50,926 bases of DNA from the NCBI GenBank assembly GCA_038207085.1, contig JBBRAE010000021.1:1-50926 (forward strand), written 5' to 3'. Shown here in pieces: positions 9,349 through 18,474 of this stretch (position 1 is the first letter of the stretch; each line of letters opens with the position of its first letter). A program made the position numbers and the translations under genes. The notes below the pieces were generated by a model. That model was not told the DNA's origin, did not search any database, and worked only from the letters and a program-made list of their open reading frames with translations. Source of the stretch: Armatimonadota bacterium. GTDB taxonomy: Bacteria; Armatimonadota; UBA5829; DTLH01.

Positions 9349-9603
9349 ATGATTAACCCGGATGCAGGATACGTAAAGCGCCTTGCATACGTACTGCGAA
9401 AAAGGGATGTTGAGGAGTTGCGCGAGTTCCTCAGGCACGAGGCCAACTTGAGGGAGCCCGAGCGCGCCGGAGAGATTGATGAGATTGCCGGCCATGATCT
9501 TGAAGTCAGGATGCACAAGATGATCCTATCACGTGGGGACCTCGCAGACATGCACGCCGACGCCCGCCGGTGGCTGAGAGAACACGATGTAGAAGTGGCT
9601 TGA
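9349..9603 (+). CDS. Hypothetical 84-aa charged helical protein
   Basis: GGAG RBS, fills the intergenic space, protein-like composition. Confidence 0.65.
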   Translation: MINPDAGYVKRLAYVLRKRDVEELREFLRHEANLREPERAGEIDEIAGHDLEVRMHKMILSRGDLADMHADARRWLREHDVEVA

Positions 9604-9619
9604 GCGTCCCAACTGAGTC

Positions 9620-10441
9620 TTAATGCTCGTGGTTGTGCTCGTGCGGTCCTCCGTGGTGATGATCGTGCGCGTGAACGACATCTTCGTGGCTGTGTGTGTG
9701 CACGTGCACCAGGTTCACGCGTTCAAGAAGCTCATGCGAAGAGAGGATGCCGTGGATGGGGCCATCGCTTGCGACTTTGTGGTTTTCGGTCAGAATGATA
9801 CCCCGGTCGGCCACATCGTGAGCGAGTTCGAGGTCGTGAGTCGCGATGACGATCGTCTTTCCCGCGTCGCCAAGCTCACGCAGGCAATCGATCAGGAACG
9901 CGCGGTTTCTTGGGTCGAGCCCGGAGGTCGGTTCGTCGAGCATCACAACCGATGGCCCAACAGCAAGCACCGCCGCGAGCCCTACCCTGCGCTTTTCGCC
10001 CCCACTAAGGGTCTGAGGTGCACGGGTACGGATCTTTTCGAGTCGAAACACCTCTACAAGATCCTCGGTTCGCTCTTTTATTTCCTTTTCGTTCATCCCC
10101 AGGTGCCTTGGGCCAAAGCTGAGTTCCTCCTCCACGCTGGAGCAGAAAAGCTGGGCATCGACGTTCTGAAAGAGAAACGCAACCTGCCTTCTGAAGAACC
10201 GGCCAAACTCGGTGCCATCCAGTGTCCTCTCAGATAGCATCTCGCCAAACGCATAAGCCTCACCAGAGGTCGGAAAGACGAGACCATCGAGAATGGAAAG
10301 CAGCGTCGACTTGCCGCTTGCGTTTGCCCCGAGAAGCGCGATCTTCTCGCCTTCTGCCACGCTCAAGCTGACGCCTTCAAGCGCCGCCTGACCTGAGGGG
10401 TAGGAATAGGCTGCGTTGTCGACTCTAAATATCTCTTTCAC
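9620..10441 (-). CDS. nikO: ECF Ni/Co transporter ATPase (NikO/CbiO) with His-rich tail
   Basis: GANASGKS, LSGGEKRR, LDEPTSGLD; C-terminal HVHTHSH...HEHNHEH. Confidence 0.9.
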   Translation of the reverse strand: MKEIFRVDNAAYSYPSGQAALEGVSLSVAEGEKIALLGANASGKSTLLSILDGLVFPTSGEAYAFGEMLSERTLDGTEFGRFFRRQVAFLFQNVDAQLFCSSVEEELSFGPRHLGMNEKEIKERTEDLVEVFRLEKIRTRAPQTLSGGEKRRVGLAAVLAVGPSVVMLDEPTSGLDPRNRAFLIDCLRELGDAGKTIVIATHDLELAHDVADRGIILTENHKVASDGPIHGILSSHELLERVNLVHVHTHSHEDVVHAHDHHHGGPHEHNHEH

Positions 10442-11304
10442 AGAAGACCTGTCTTTCTATCAAGAACTATGAGCGCTGCCCCGACCACAGCCGCAAACAC
10501 GACCCAGGCAAGATCGACCACCCTTACACGCGAGGTAGGAGCGGGCATCCAGACGCCGTCGAAGCCTCGGGAGATCATCGCAAGATGCACTTCCTCGCCA
10601 AGCTCTTTTGACCTGACAAAGAGCGCCCCCACCCGTTCGCCTGCCCACTGCCTCGCTGCGCCCAAGTTCGATTCGTCAGGAACACGGCTTTTGCGTGCAA
10701 AATGGTCATCAAGGGCAGCTCGGGCGATTACCTGCAGATACCTGTAAGTCATCAAGAGCACTGCCACAAACACCCCCGGCGCGCGAAACCACCTCAGTGC
10801 GGAGAACAGCTCCTCCACAGGGTTTGACGCGAATAGTCCGATGCCAAAGACCAGGCACGCCGTTGTTCTGATGAGCACCTGAGAGGCGGCGAGTGTCCCT
10901 TGCGATGTGAAGGCGACTCCACATAGCTCGAATATGGCGCGTCCGGGCGTCACAAAGCTGGTCGCAGCGGGAAGCATCGCGGCGGCGGTCAGTCCGCCGA
11001 CTCCGAGCACGCCTGCAACCAGCGTTCGCCTGCTTGCTCCAACGAGGGAGGCGAGAACGATCGATATTACAAGGCTCACCACAAGCGCCGTGGGGCTCTT
11101 TAGAAACGTCGTAGAGACTATCAGGATGACGAACACAGCCACTGCGGCGCGCGCGTCGAGTCGAACCACACCCCGCCTGCGCTCACCCGCAGGAGCGGTA
11201 AGCAGGATCAGTCTGCCGATCGCTTTTGAGATCCATGACCTGCGCCCGCGTGTCACTTTCGGCGCATTGGCCGCCTGTTCGCACAGCCAATCAGGAAGCG
11301 GCAT
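10438..11304 (-). CDS. nikQ: ECF transporter T component (NikQ/CbiQ)
   Basis: Hydrophobic; TYRYL, ARKSR and AMISRGF motifs. Confidence 0.88.
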   Translation of the reverse strand: MPLPDWLCEQAANAPKVTRGRRSWISKAIGRLILLTAPAGERRRGVVRLDARAAVAVFVILIVSTTFLKSPTALVVSLVISIVLASLVGASRRTLVAGVLGVGGLTAAAMLPAATSFVTPGRAIFELCGVAFTSQGTLAASQVLIRTTACLVFGIGLFASNPVEELFSALRWFRAPGVFVAVLLMTYRYLQVIARAALDDHFARKSRVPDESNLGAARQWAGERVGALFVRSKELGEEVHLAMISRGFDGVWMPAPTSRVRVVDLAWVVFAAVVGAALIVLDRKTGLL

Positions 11305-12268
11305 CTTCACCCCTTCGCGCAAGCAGCCTCGCGATTCCCCAACCGATGGCAACCGTCACAGCCGCGCCTGCCAGAGCGACTAATATGATCCCAAACATCC
11401 CGGGGTCATGACCGGCGATGGTGTAATCCGGCAGCGGGGCCTTCCAAGAATCCATCCCATGAGCCATTTTCGACGGGACATGCCCGAACATCGCTTTAAG
11501 CTCATCCGTGCCCCATTCTCCCCACGCCGCGCCTGCTCCGAACTTACCAGGAAGCCAGACACCAAGCGGCGCAAGGACGAGGAGTATCGCTGAAACGATC
11601 GCAAGCCGCTTCGTCGGCGCACTACTATGCTTTTCGGCGAGTCCCGTTTCTGTCCGATACAGATAACCGACTGCGGCGGCTGTGATAATACCTTCGATCG
11701 GAGCGACTATCAGCATGTGAGGGATCAGCATCGCCGCCAGCGCCACTCCCACGGAATACGGCAGGTATCCCGCAGGCTGCAGGCTGAACTCCAGCGCGAC
11801 CGCCGCCGAAGCGACGACCAGCCCAACGTATCCCGCCGCCGCCGATGACAACCAGAGCCTCGCGCCCACTGGTTTTCGACCGGAGAGGAGCTTGAACACT
11901 CCCCAGCTGATAAATGGCATAATGACGGCTATATTGAGGCAGTTCAGCCCATAAGTCGTGATCCCACCGTCGCCAAATGGCACAGCCTGTACGAGCAACG
12001 CCGCCGATATCCCGATGCAAGCCGCCCAGGGGCCGACCACAATCGCGACCAGCGCCGCGCCTGTCGGGTGAGCGGTCATCTTGCCCATAACGGGGATATT
12101 CAGGAACATCACGACGAAGCTGAAAGCGGCTCCGAGCGCGAGCATCGGCGCCTGTTTGCGCGAGAGCGTTCGCCTGAGGATCTTGGATGCAATCGCCCAT
12201 ATCGGGGCCATCACGACGTAGGCCGCGCCGTAGGTCTGGGGAGCGATGTAGCCGTCGGGGATATGCAT
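11291..12268 (-). CDS. nikM: ECF substrate component NikM/CbiM fused to an NikN/PDGLE-like domain
   Basis: N-terminal MHIPDG metal-binding motif; C-terminal AWGEWG and APLPDY. Confidence 0.9.
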   Translation of the reverse strand: MHIPDGYIAPQTYGAAYVVMAPIWAIASKILRRTLSRKQAPMLALGAAFSFVVMFLNIPVMGKMTAHPTGAALVAIVVGPWAACIGISAALLVQAVPFGDGGITTYGLNCLNIAVIMPFISWGVFKLLSGRKPVGARLWLSSAAAGYVGLVVASAAVALEFSLQPAGYLPYSVGVALAAMLIPHMLIVAPIEGIITAAAVGYLYRTETGLAEKHSSAPTKRLAIVSAILLVLAPLGVWLPGKFGAGAAWGEWGTDELKAMFGHVPSKMAHGMDSWKAPLPDYTIAGHDPGMFGIILVALAGAAVTVAIGWGIARLLARRGEDAAS

Positions 12269-12688
12269 TTAGATCAAATCCTTTCCCGTAGTTGTGCAGA
12301 CGAGCTTGCCGTGCTTGACGCCGCGCGTGCTGATCAGCCGCTCGGCGATGCTCCGCACGTTGCCCGCCTTGCCCTTCATAACGACCGTTTCGAGGCAGTT
12401 GTGATGGTCAAGATGAACGTGGGTGGTGCAGATGATCTCATCGTGATGATCGTGCTGCAGGTCTGTGAGGGTGTCTGAGAGGTCGCGGGTGTGGTGATCG
12501 AAGACGATCGTAACCGTGCCGATCACGTCAACATCCCCCGACTCCCACTGGCTCTCGATCATATAATTCCTGATGATATCCCGCAGCGCTTCCGATCTAT
12601 TTGAATATCCCTGCTCGGCAATCAATCTATCAAAAGAGTCCAAAAGTTGCGCGTTCATCGACACGCCAAAGCGTTCAACAGTCTCCAT
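12269..12688 (-). CDS. nikR: Nickel-responsive regulator NikR
   Basis: RHH domain RFGVSM...[11 protein letters not shown] and [12 protein letters not shown]. Confidence 0.95.
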   Translation of the reverse strand: METVERFGVSMNAQLLDSFDRLIAEQGYSNRSEALRDIIRNYMIESQWESGDVDVIGTVTIVFDHHTRDLSDTLTDLQHDHHDEIICTTHVHLDHHNCLETVVMKGKAGNVRSIAERLISTRGVKHGKLVCTTTGKDLI

Positions 12689-12698
12689 ACGTTCTCCT

Positions 12699-12726
12699 GT
12701 GTTACGAACTGAGGATATCGTAACAC
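12699..12726. promoter_or_regulatory. NikR operator overlapping the nikR promoter
   Basis: Perfect GTGTTACGA-N10-TCGTAACAC. Minus-strand promoter TTGACA(12745-12740)-17-TACGAT(12722-12717). Confidence 0.85.
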
Positions 12727-12763
12727 GATTATTTGTGACTGTCAAGCGGTGTTGGCAGTATGC

Positions 12764-14266
12764 CTACCGCAATTCCGCAAGCCTTGCAAAGGATTCTTCG
12801 AGCGAAGGATAAAGCGATGCAAACAACTCATAGAACCGTGTGTAATCTGACTCACAACCGGGTGTAACATCTCGATCGATTCTGACAAACCGCCGCGCCT
12901 CATCGTAGCCGTTGAATATACCGACGCCAATCCCAGCCGCCATCGCCGCACCATAGGAAGTCGCCTCTTTCGGTCTTGAGGGGATGTGAAGTGTTCGCCC
13001 ATAGACTGAAGCCAAAATCTCCGTCCAAAGCTCGCTTGACGCCCCTCCGCCGATCATCCCCAGTGACTCGATTTTCACGCCGTTTGACTCTATCAAATCA
13101 GCCACACTTCGAAGCGCGTAGGCGACGCCTTCGAGGACCGCTCGAAACATATGGGCTCGGCCATGCTCTGCGCCGAGGCCGAAGAACACGCCGCGGGCGT
13201 CGGGGTCCCAGATCGGGGTGCGCTCGCCGAGAAGGTATGGGAGGAAGATCAGGCCGCCGCTTCCGGCTGGGATACTCTTTGCCATCTCGTCGAGGAGCCT
13301 GAACCGGATGCTTGGTTCGATATCAGGGCCGAGGGTTTCGGCGGCCCACTCGCAGGCGGTTCCGGCGGCTTGGACGGTGCCCATCAGGCTGTATGTCGAG
13401 GGGTCCAGGTTACAAAGCACAAATGTGCGCATCAGTTCGTCGATTACCGGGCGATCGGTCACGGCTGCGACCCAGGCGGTGCTCCCGAGGTAGCTGTAGG
13501 CGTCGCCAATTGACACTGCTCCCGCGCCGACCGCAGCACACGCCCCGTCGCCGCCGCCAATCACAACTGGTAGCCCCTCAGGCAACCCCGTTTCACGGGC
13601 AGTGGAACTCGTCACCCGACCAATGACCTCGCTTGAGGCGACGATGTCGGGAAGCTTCCCCTCGTCCACTCCCCACACCCCGCACATCTCCTCCGACCAC
13701 CGGCGTTCGGTGATGTCAAATACGCCGTAGAGCGAGGCGTCGGAGAAATCGGTCACACCAAAGCGGCCCGTGAGGCGTCCGGCGATCCAGTCCTTGCTCT
13801 GGAGGAACCACCTCGCCTTGCGAGAAACATCGGAAGAGTGCTCGGCAAGCCACGCGATCTTTGGGGCCGGGTAATGGGAGTCGCACGGGTTTCCGGTGGT
13901 CTCGTAGATGTCACGCACACCGACCGTCGCTACCCGCTCGGCAATACCCGCGCTTCGGGTGTCGGAATGGATCATCGAACGCGAGAGCGGCGTGCCGTCG
14001 TCTGCAACTGGAAGGCAGCCCATCATATGTCCGCTGAAGCCGACTGCGGCGATATCATTCACACTCACGCCCGACTTCTCGATCAGATTGCGCGTCGATG
14101 TGACGACGGCGTTCCACCAGTCCGTAGGGTCCTGCTCACACCAGCCGGGATGGGGATAGTAGGTGGGGTAAGGGGCAAATGCGGAGGCGACGACCGAACC
14201 GTCCTCGCCGAAAAGAGTCGCCTTGTCGCCCGTCGTGCCGATGTCATGGGCGAGGATGCAGGTCAT
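12764..14266 (-). CDS. FGGY-family carbohydrate kinase (xylulokinase-like)
   Basis: HDIGTTGDK, GWCEQDP, TDFSDAS, GGGDG, FLPYLLGERTP. Confidence 0.9.
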   Translation of the reverse strand: MTCILAHDIGTTGDKATLFGEDGSVVASAFAPYPTYYPHPGWCEQDPTDWWNAVVTSTRNLIEKSGVSVNDIAAVGFSGHMMGCLPVADDGTPLSRSMIHSDTRSAGIAERVATVGVRDIYETTGNPCDSHYPAPKIAWLAEHSSDVSRKARWFLQSKDWIAGRLTGRFGVTDFSDASLYGVFDITERRWSEEMCGVWGVDEGKLPDIVASSEVIGRVTSSTARETGLPEGLPVVIGGGDGACAAVGAGAVSIGDAYSYLGSTAWVAAVTDRPVIDELMRTFVLCNLDPSTYSLMGTVQAAGTACEWAAETLGPDIEPSIRFRLLDEMAKSIPAGSGGLIFLPYLLGERTPIWDPDARGVFFGLGAEHGRAHMFRAVLEGVAYALRSVADLIESNGVKIESLGMIGGGASSELWTEILASVYGRTLHIPSRPKEATSYGAAMAAGIGVGIFNGYDEARRFVRIDRDVTPGCESDYTRFYELFASLYPSLEESFARLAELR

Positions 14267-14670
14267 CCGAGCAGCTCGCGCACCCTGGCGCAGAGCTCGT
14301 CCAGAACAACCGAAAGCGGACGCTCCTCAAGCCCGATGAAGACCACGTGCATCTGCTGGACGGGCACGAGAATCTTTGCGGCGCGGCTCGACGCGATCGC
14401 CGTAGCCATTGCGGGCGTGATCTCACCCATAAGCGAGTTGGGGATTATCACCCCAATCGGCCCAAGCACAATATCGACCTGCGGAACAGTGACGACCATC
14501 GCGTTTTCGCCCGTAGCCCCGACTTCCGCGCCGGCCTTCATCATCGCAGCCGTAGCCGCGGCGTTCGCCCCAAGGGCGATCAGCTGGTGACCCGTGGTGA
14601 TCTGCCGCAGGCGCGACACGATCTGCGCGCCGATTCCGCCACCCATTCCATCGACAACCGCAACCTTCAT
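14263..14670 (-). CDS. DUF3842 family protein
   Basis: VVDGMGGGIG, MMKAGA, ATGENA, NSLMGEITP. Confidence 0.85.
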   Translation of the reverse strand: MKVAVVDGMGGGIGAQIVSRLRQITTGHQLIALGANAAATAAMMKAGAEVGATGENAMVVTVPQVDIVLGPIGVIIPNSLMGEITPAMATAIASSRAAKILVPVQQMHVVFIGLEERPLSVVLDELCARVRELLG

Positions 14671-15269
14671 CTTCCCGAAAGAGCCTCCAACCCAAAATCT
14701 TCAAGTATCCTGCCGAGGCGATATACCGGCAGCCCGACCACGTTGAAATAGTCACCCGTTATGCCTTCGATCAACACCGAACCCAGCCCCTGAATCGCGT
14801 AAGCGCCCGCTTTGTCCGAAGGCTCTCCTGTCATGACGTAACGCACAATCAGGGCGTCATCGAGCGCTCGAAACCGCACGTCGGTGCTCTCTGAGGCACA
14901 CTCTTCACGCCCATCGCGGGTGTCGATCACGCAGACGCCAGTGTAGACCTGGTGCGCCCGGCCCGAGAGCATCCCAAGCATGCGCGCGGCGTCGGCGTCG
15001 TCTTTTGGCTTACCCAGAATGTGCTCATCTACCGCAACCACGGTGTCCGAGCCTATCACAAGCGCCTCCCCCACCCTTGCAGCGACTTCCCGGGCCTTTT
15101 CAGAGGCCGATTTGGTCACATGCTCGGAGGGAGAGAGATCATCGGGCATCAGCGACTCGTCAAACTCGGATGGGATCACCTCGTAGTCCGGGCAGATGAG
15201 CGCAAGGAGTTCTTTGCGCCTCGGAGAAGCAGACGCAAGCACGATGCGCCGTTTTGTCGTGTTTCTCAC
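14667..15269 (-). CDS. maf: Maf family NTP pyrophosphatase
   Basis: LASASPRRKELL, SDTVV, DKAGAYAIQG, NVVGLP. Confidence 0.95.
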   Translation of the reverse strand: MRNTTKRRIVLASASPRRKELLALICPDYEVIPSEFDESLMPDDLSPSEHVTKSASEKAREVAARVGEALVIGSDTVVAVDEHILGKPKDDADAARMLGMLSGRAHQVYTGVCVIDTRDGREECASESTDVRFRALDDALIVRYVMTGEPSDKAGAYAIQGLGSVLIEGITGDYFNVVGLPVYRLGRILEDFGLEALSGR

Positions 15270-16567
15270 TAACCCATCAACCTCACAATCGCGTCGGCGA
15301 GCCTGTCCGGGTCGTGCCGGACTACGTCGGTCTGGCTGATAAACTGGCCTACGACCGGTTTGTAGCCCAAATCTTTGATGCCGTCCAAGTCGGGGAGCAC
15401 CAAGTCCGCGCCCTGTTCCCGGTATTTATCGAGCAGATCGAGCCGGGGCACCTCGCGGTTCACGAGAACATGGGTAAAGAGCTTCCTGTCACCGGAGTGG
15501 TTCGCGACCGCCCTAACGTGGTCCGCCGCAGTAAACCCGTCGCTCTCACCCGGCTGGGTCATCACGTTGCAGACGTAGACCTTGATTGCATGCGACGCCT
15601 CGATAGCCTCACCTATACCCTTAACGAGCAGGTTCGGAATGACGCTCGTGAAGACGCTTCCGGGGCCGATAATGATCGCATCGGCGAGCCTGATCGCGTG
15701 CAGTGCGTCCTCCGGCGGCTTGATGTCGGCGGGCGTCAGGAAAACGTGGCGGATCGGCTGACCAGCATTGGCGATGTTGGTCTCCCCATCCACAAGCGTG
15801 CCATCTGCAAGCTCGGCGTGGATGTTCACGTTCTCGACCGTCGAGGGCATGACCCGTCCGCGGATCGCAAGAATATTACTCGTCTCCTGAACGGCCTTCT
15901 CGAAGTCACCAGTGATGTTCGTCATCGCCGCAATGAGCAGATTTCCGAACGAATGCCCGTGAAGCGCGCCGGTTGCGCCGTTAAATCTGTATTGGAAAAG
16001 CTCGGTCATCATAGGCTCGGCGTCGGCGAGGGCGACCAGGCAGTTTCGGATGTCCCCCGGAGGGAGCATACCAAGCTCTTTATGGAGCTCGCCAGAGCTG
16101 CCGCCGTCGTCGGTCACGGTAACGACCGCGACGATGTTGCTGCTGTACTGCTTCAGACCACGAAGCATCGTCGAGAGTCCCGTCCCGCCGCCAATAACCA
16201 CTATCCGCTGTCCCTGAGCGAGGTATCTGTTCTGAAATATGAGGTCCGCCAGCTTGTCCCGTGCATTCGGGTTGATAACGCTCAAAATCGAGCGTATGAT
16301 CTGGCGTATAGCGATGAATATCAGGACCAGCCCGATCAGAATCAGCGCAAGACTGATAGGAACAAAGACTATAGGCTCGCGCAGGTCTACACCAAACCAC
16401 TTGAAAACGATGCGAGCGGCGGTGTCGAGGTAGTCGATGACGGCGTACCTGGCCAGAAGCCCTACGCCCAGCACAATCGCAAACGCGCCAAAGGGCACGA
16501 GCATCAACCACCGCTTGACCCTCATCCCCGGATAAAGCCATTTTAGCGTGCTTACTACGCCTTTCAT
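15269..16567 (-). CDS. yvcK: YvcK/GlmR (CofD-like) protein with N-terminal TM extension
   Basis: IGGGTGLS, DDGGSSG, PPGDIRNCL, GPGSVFTS, NVMTQPGE. Confidence 0.92.
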   Translation of the reverse strand: MKGVVSTLKWLYPGMRVKRWLMLVPFGAFAIVLGVGLLARYAVIDYLDTAARIVFKWFGVDLREPIVFVPISLALILIGLVLIFIAIRQIIRSILSVINPNARDKLADLIFQNRYLAQGQRIVVIGGGTGLSTMLRGLKQYSSNIVAVVTVTDDGGSSGELHKELGMLPPGDIRNCLVALADAEPMMTELFQYRFNGATGALHGHSFGNLLIAAMTNITGDFEKAVQETSNILAIRGRVMPSTVENVNIHAELADGTLVDGETNIANAGQPIRHVFLTPADIKPPEDALHAIRLADAIIIGPGSVFTSVIPNLLVKGIGEAIEASHAIKVYVCNVMTQPGESDGFTAADHVRAVANHSGDRKLFTHVLVNREVPRLDLLDKYREQGADLVLPDLDGIKDLGYKPVVGQFISQTDVVRHDPDRLADAIVRLMG

Positions 16568-17446
16568 TTATCCGCCTTTCGGGCAGTCCCTGTGCTCTAT
16601 CACGATATTGTAGTCGCGCATACGGAGATAACGGGCGAGCTCGTCTGCGATCACGACGGAACGATGTCGACCACCCGTGCAGCCGATCGCGATCGTCAGA
16701 TACGCCTTGCCTTCCTTCTCATACAGGGGAATCGAGAACTCAATCAACCCGCAAAGCCTCTCAAGGAGCGGCTCGGCGAGCGGGTCCGAAATCACGTAGT
16801 GACGAACGTCCTCGTGAGAACCATCGAGCTTCGAGAGCGCAGGAACCCAGTAGGGGTTTGCAAGAAACCTCACGTCAAAAACCAGGTCTGCATCGAGCGG
16901 CATGCCGTGTTTGTAGCCAAAAGAAACGACGGTTATAACCATCCCGTTTCGCCCGGTGTCCGCGCCAAAGTACTGGCGGATTTCCCGGCGAAGCCCTTCG
17001 GGCTCAAGGTTGCTCGTGTCGATAATTTTATCGGCCCGAGCGCGAACATCAGTGAGCATATTGCGCTCTTCGACGATGCTCTCAACTACGCTTCGTCCGT
17101 CGCCAACGAGCGGGTGCCTGCGCCGAGTCTCTTTGAACCTGCGAATGAGCACGGAGTCGGAGGCATCGAGAAAGAGAATCTTCGGGCGGCCGTAGCCCTC
17201 GAGTGTGGTCGAGATCACTTTATCGTAAGCGCCCAGGAACCCACCAAAGAACTGGCCCGTACGCACGTCTACGACTATCGCGATGTCGGAGTGGGACTCC
17301 GTCTGCTTCCACAGGTTCGCGATGTCCTTCAAGAGTTCGGGCGGCAAATTGTCTATGCAAAAGTAGTTCAGGTCCTCGAACGTCCTCACCGCAAGGGTCT
17401 TGCCTGCGCCGGACATCCCCGTTATGACCACGATTTGTTTCTGCAA
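16568..17446 (-). CDS. rapZ: RNase adapter RapZ/YvcJ
   Basis: GMSGAGKT, CIDNLP, FDVRFL, IGCTGGRHRSV. Confidence 0.95.
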   Translation of the reverse strand: MQKQIVVITGMSGAGKTLAVRTFEDLNYFCIDNLPPELLKDIANLWKQTESHSDIAIVVDVRTGQFFGGFLGAYDKVISTTLEGYGRPKILFLDASDSVLIRRFKETRRRHPLVGDGRSVVESIVEERNMLTDVRARADKIIDTSNLEPEGLRREIRQYFGADTGRNGMVITVVSFGYKHGMPLDADLVFDVRFLANPYWVPALSKLDGSHEDVRHYVISDPLAEPLLERLCGLIEFSIPLYEKEGKAYLTIAIGCTGGRHRSVVIADELARYLRMRDYNIVIEHRDCPKGG

Positions 17447-17827
17447 CTAACTTCCTCGACTTCCTCTGCTTCCAGGCCTGTGCCTGATGATACTGTTGAT
17501 GATCCCACTCAATAAACTAAGAACAACTGACCCAAAAAGCGCTGCCCAGACCGTCTTTACTTCAAGCCCGTGAGTGGCCCACGCCGTCAGCCAGAATAGC
17601 AGCGCGTTCACCACGAAGGCAAACAGCCCAAGGGTAAGGCATGTAATCGGCAGTGTAAAAAGCTTTACAATAGGCCGTATGAACGCATTCACAAGGGCGA
17701 GCACTATTACAAAGATAAACGCGGGGCCGATGCCCTGCCACTCAAGCCCAACGCCGAACAATCGGCCGACGACAACCGTCAGCCACACCGCGACTACCGA
17801 GCCAACGAGCCGAAGCAAGAAGTTCAT
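17447..17827 (-). CDS. YvlD-like 4-TM membrane protein (Phage_holin_4_2 family)
   Basis: [25 protein letters not shown]. Confidence 0.88.
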   Translation of the reverse strand: MNFLLRLVGSVVAVWLTVVVGRLFGVGLEWQGIGPAFIFVIVLALVNAFIRPIVKLFTLPITCLTLGLFAFVVNALLFWLTAWATHGLEVKTVWAALFGSVVLSLLSGIINSIIRHRPGSRGSRGS

Positions 17828-18318
17828 AGGTCGATACCCTCCAACTCAAGAAGACGCCGTTTGATCGCAAGCCCTCCGGTGTATCCCCCGATTGTGCCGT
17901 CGGAGTGTACCACACGGTGGCACGGAACAACAATCGGCACGGGATTGCGGCTCATAGCGTTCCCAACCGCACGCGCAGCTGCCGGTGACCCAGCAAGCGC
18001 TGCAAGCGATCTATAGCTCACCAGCTTACCAAATGGAATATTCATGGTTTCCCTGAGCACGCTCTCTGCAAACGGACCAAGAACGCCAAAATCTACAGAA
18101 ACGTCCGAAAACTCGACGCACTCGCCGTCCATATACCTGCGCAACTTTTCCGGCAGATCGCCGAACCTATCGGGGCACTCCTGCGCGCCAGTGGGAACAC
18201 GCTCAAGCGCCGCCTCAAGTGACTCAAACCCAAGGTCAAGCCCGGTAAGCACGCCGTCCTTGCCAACAAGCAAAACTGGACCAATAGGAAGCTCAATAAT
18301 TGTATAATAAGTATTCAT
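17824..18318 (-). CDS. ogt: Methylated-DNA--protein-cysteine methyltransferase
   Basis: [12 protein letters not shown] and active site VPCHRVV. Confidence 0.93.
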   Translation of the reverse strand: MNTYYTIIELPIGPVLLVGKDGVLTGLDLGFESLEAALERVPTGAQECPDRFGDLPEKLRRYMDGECVEFSDVSVDFGVLGPFAESVLRETMNIPFGKLVSYRSLAALAGSPAAARAVGNAMSRNPVPIVVPCHRVVHSDGTIGGYTGGLAIKRRLLELEGIDL

Positions 18319-18354
18319 ACACTGTAATACGCTCATCACATAGGTTTCGACGCC

Positions 18355-18387
18355 CAGCTAACAGCTAAATGCTAAATGCTAATAGCT
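18355..18387. repeat. Degenerate heptamer tandem repeat
   Basis: CAGCTAA CAGCTAA ATGCTAA ATGCTAA TAGCT. Confidence 0.75.
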
Positions 18388-18414
18388 CTTCCATAGCATA
18401 CCAGACTAAGCGGC

Positions 18415-18444
18415 TTGCGTCCAGACTGCGTGCTCGGATATAAT
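18415..18444 (+). promoter_or_regulatory. Promoter of the GH94 gene
   Basis: TTGCGT-18-TATAAT. Confidence 0.55.
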
Positions 18445-18474
18445 CGTGTGGAATGACCTCACAGAGGAGAGTAG

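Noticed and set aside
17447..17827. Prophage holin
   Set aside because: YvlD-type protein in its usual rapZ-yvcK context, with no phage genes nearby.
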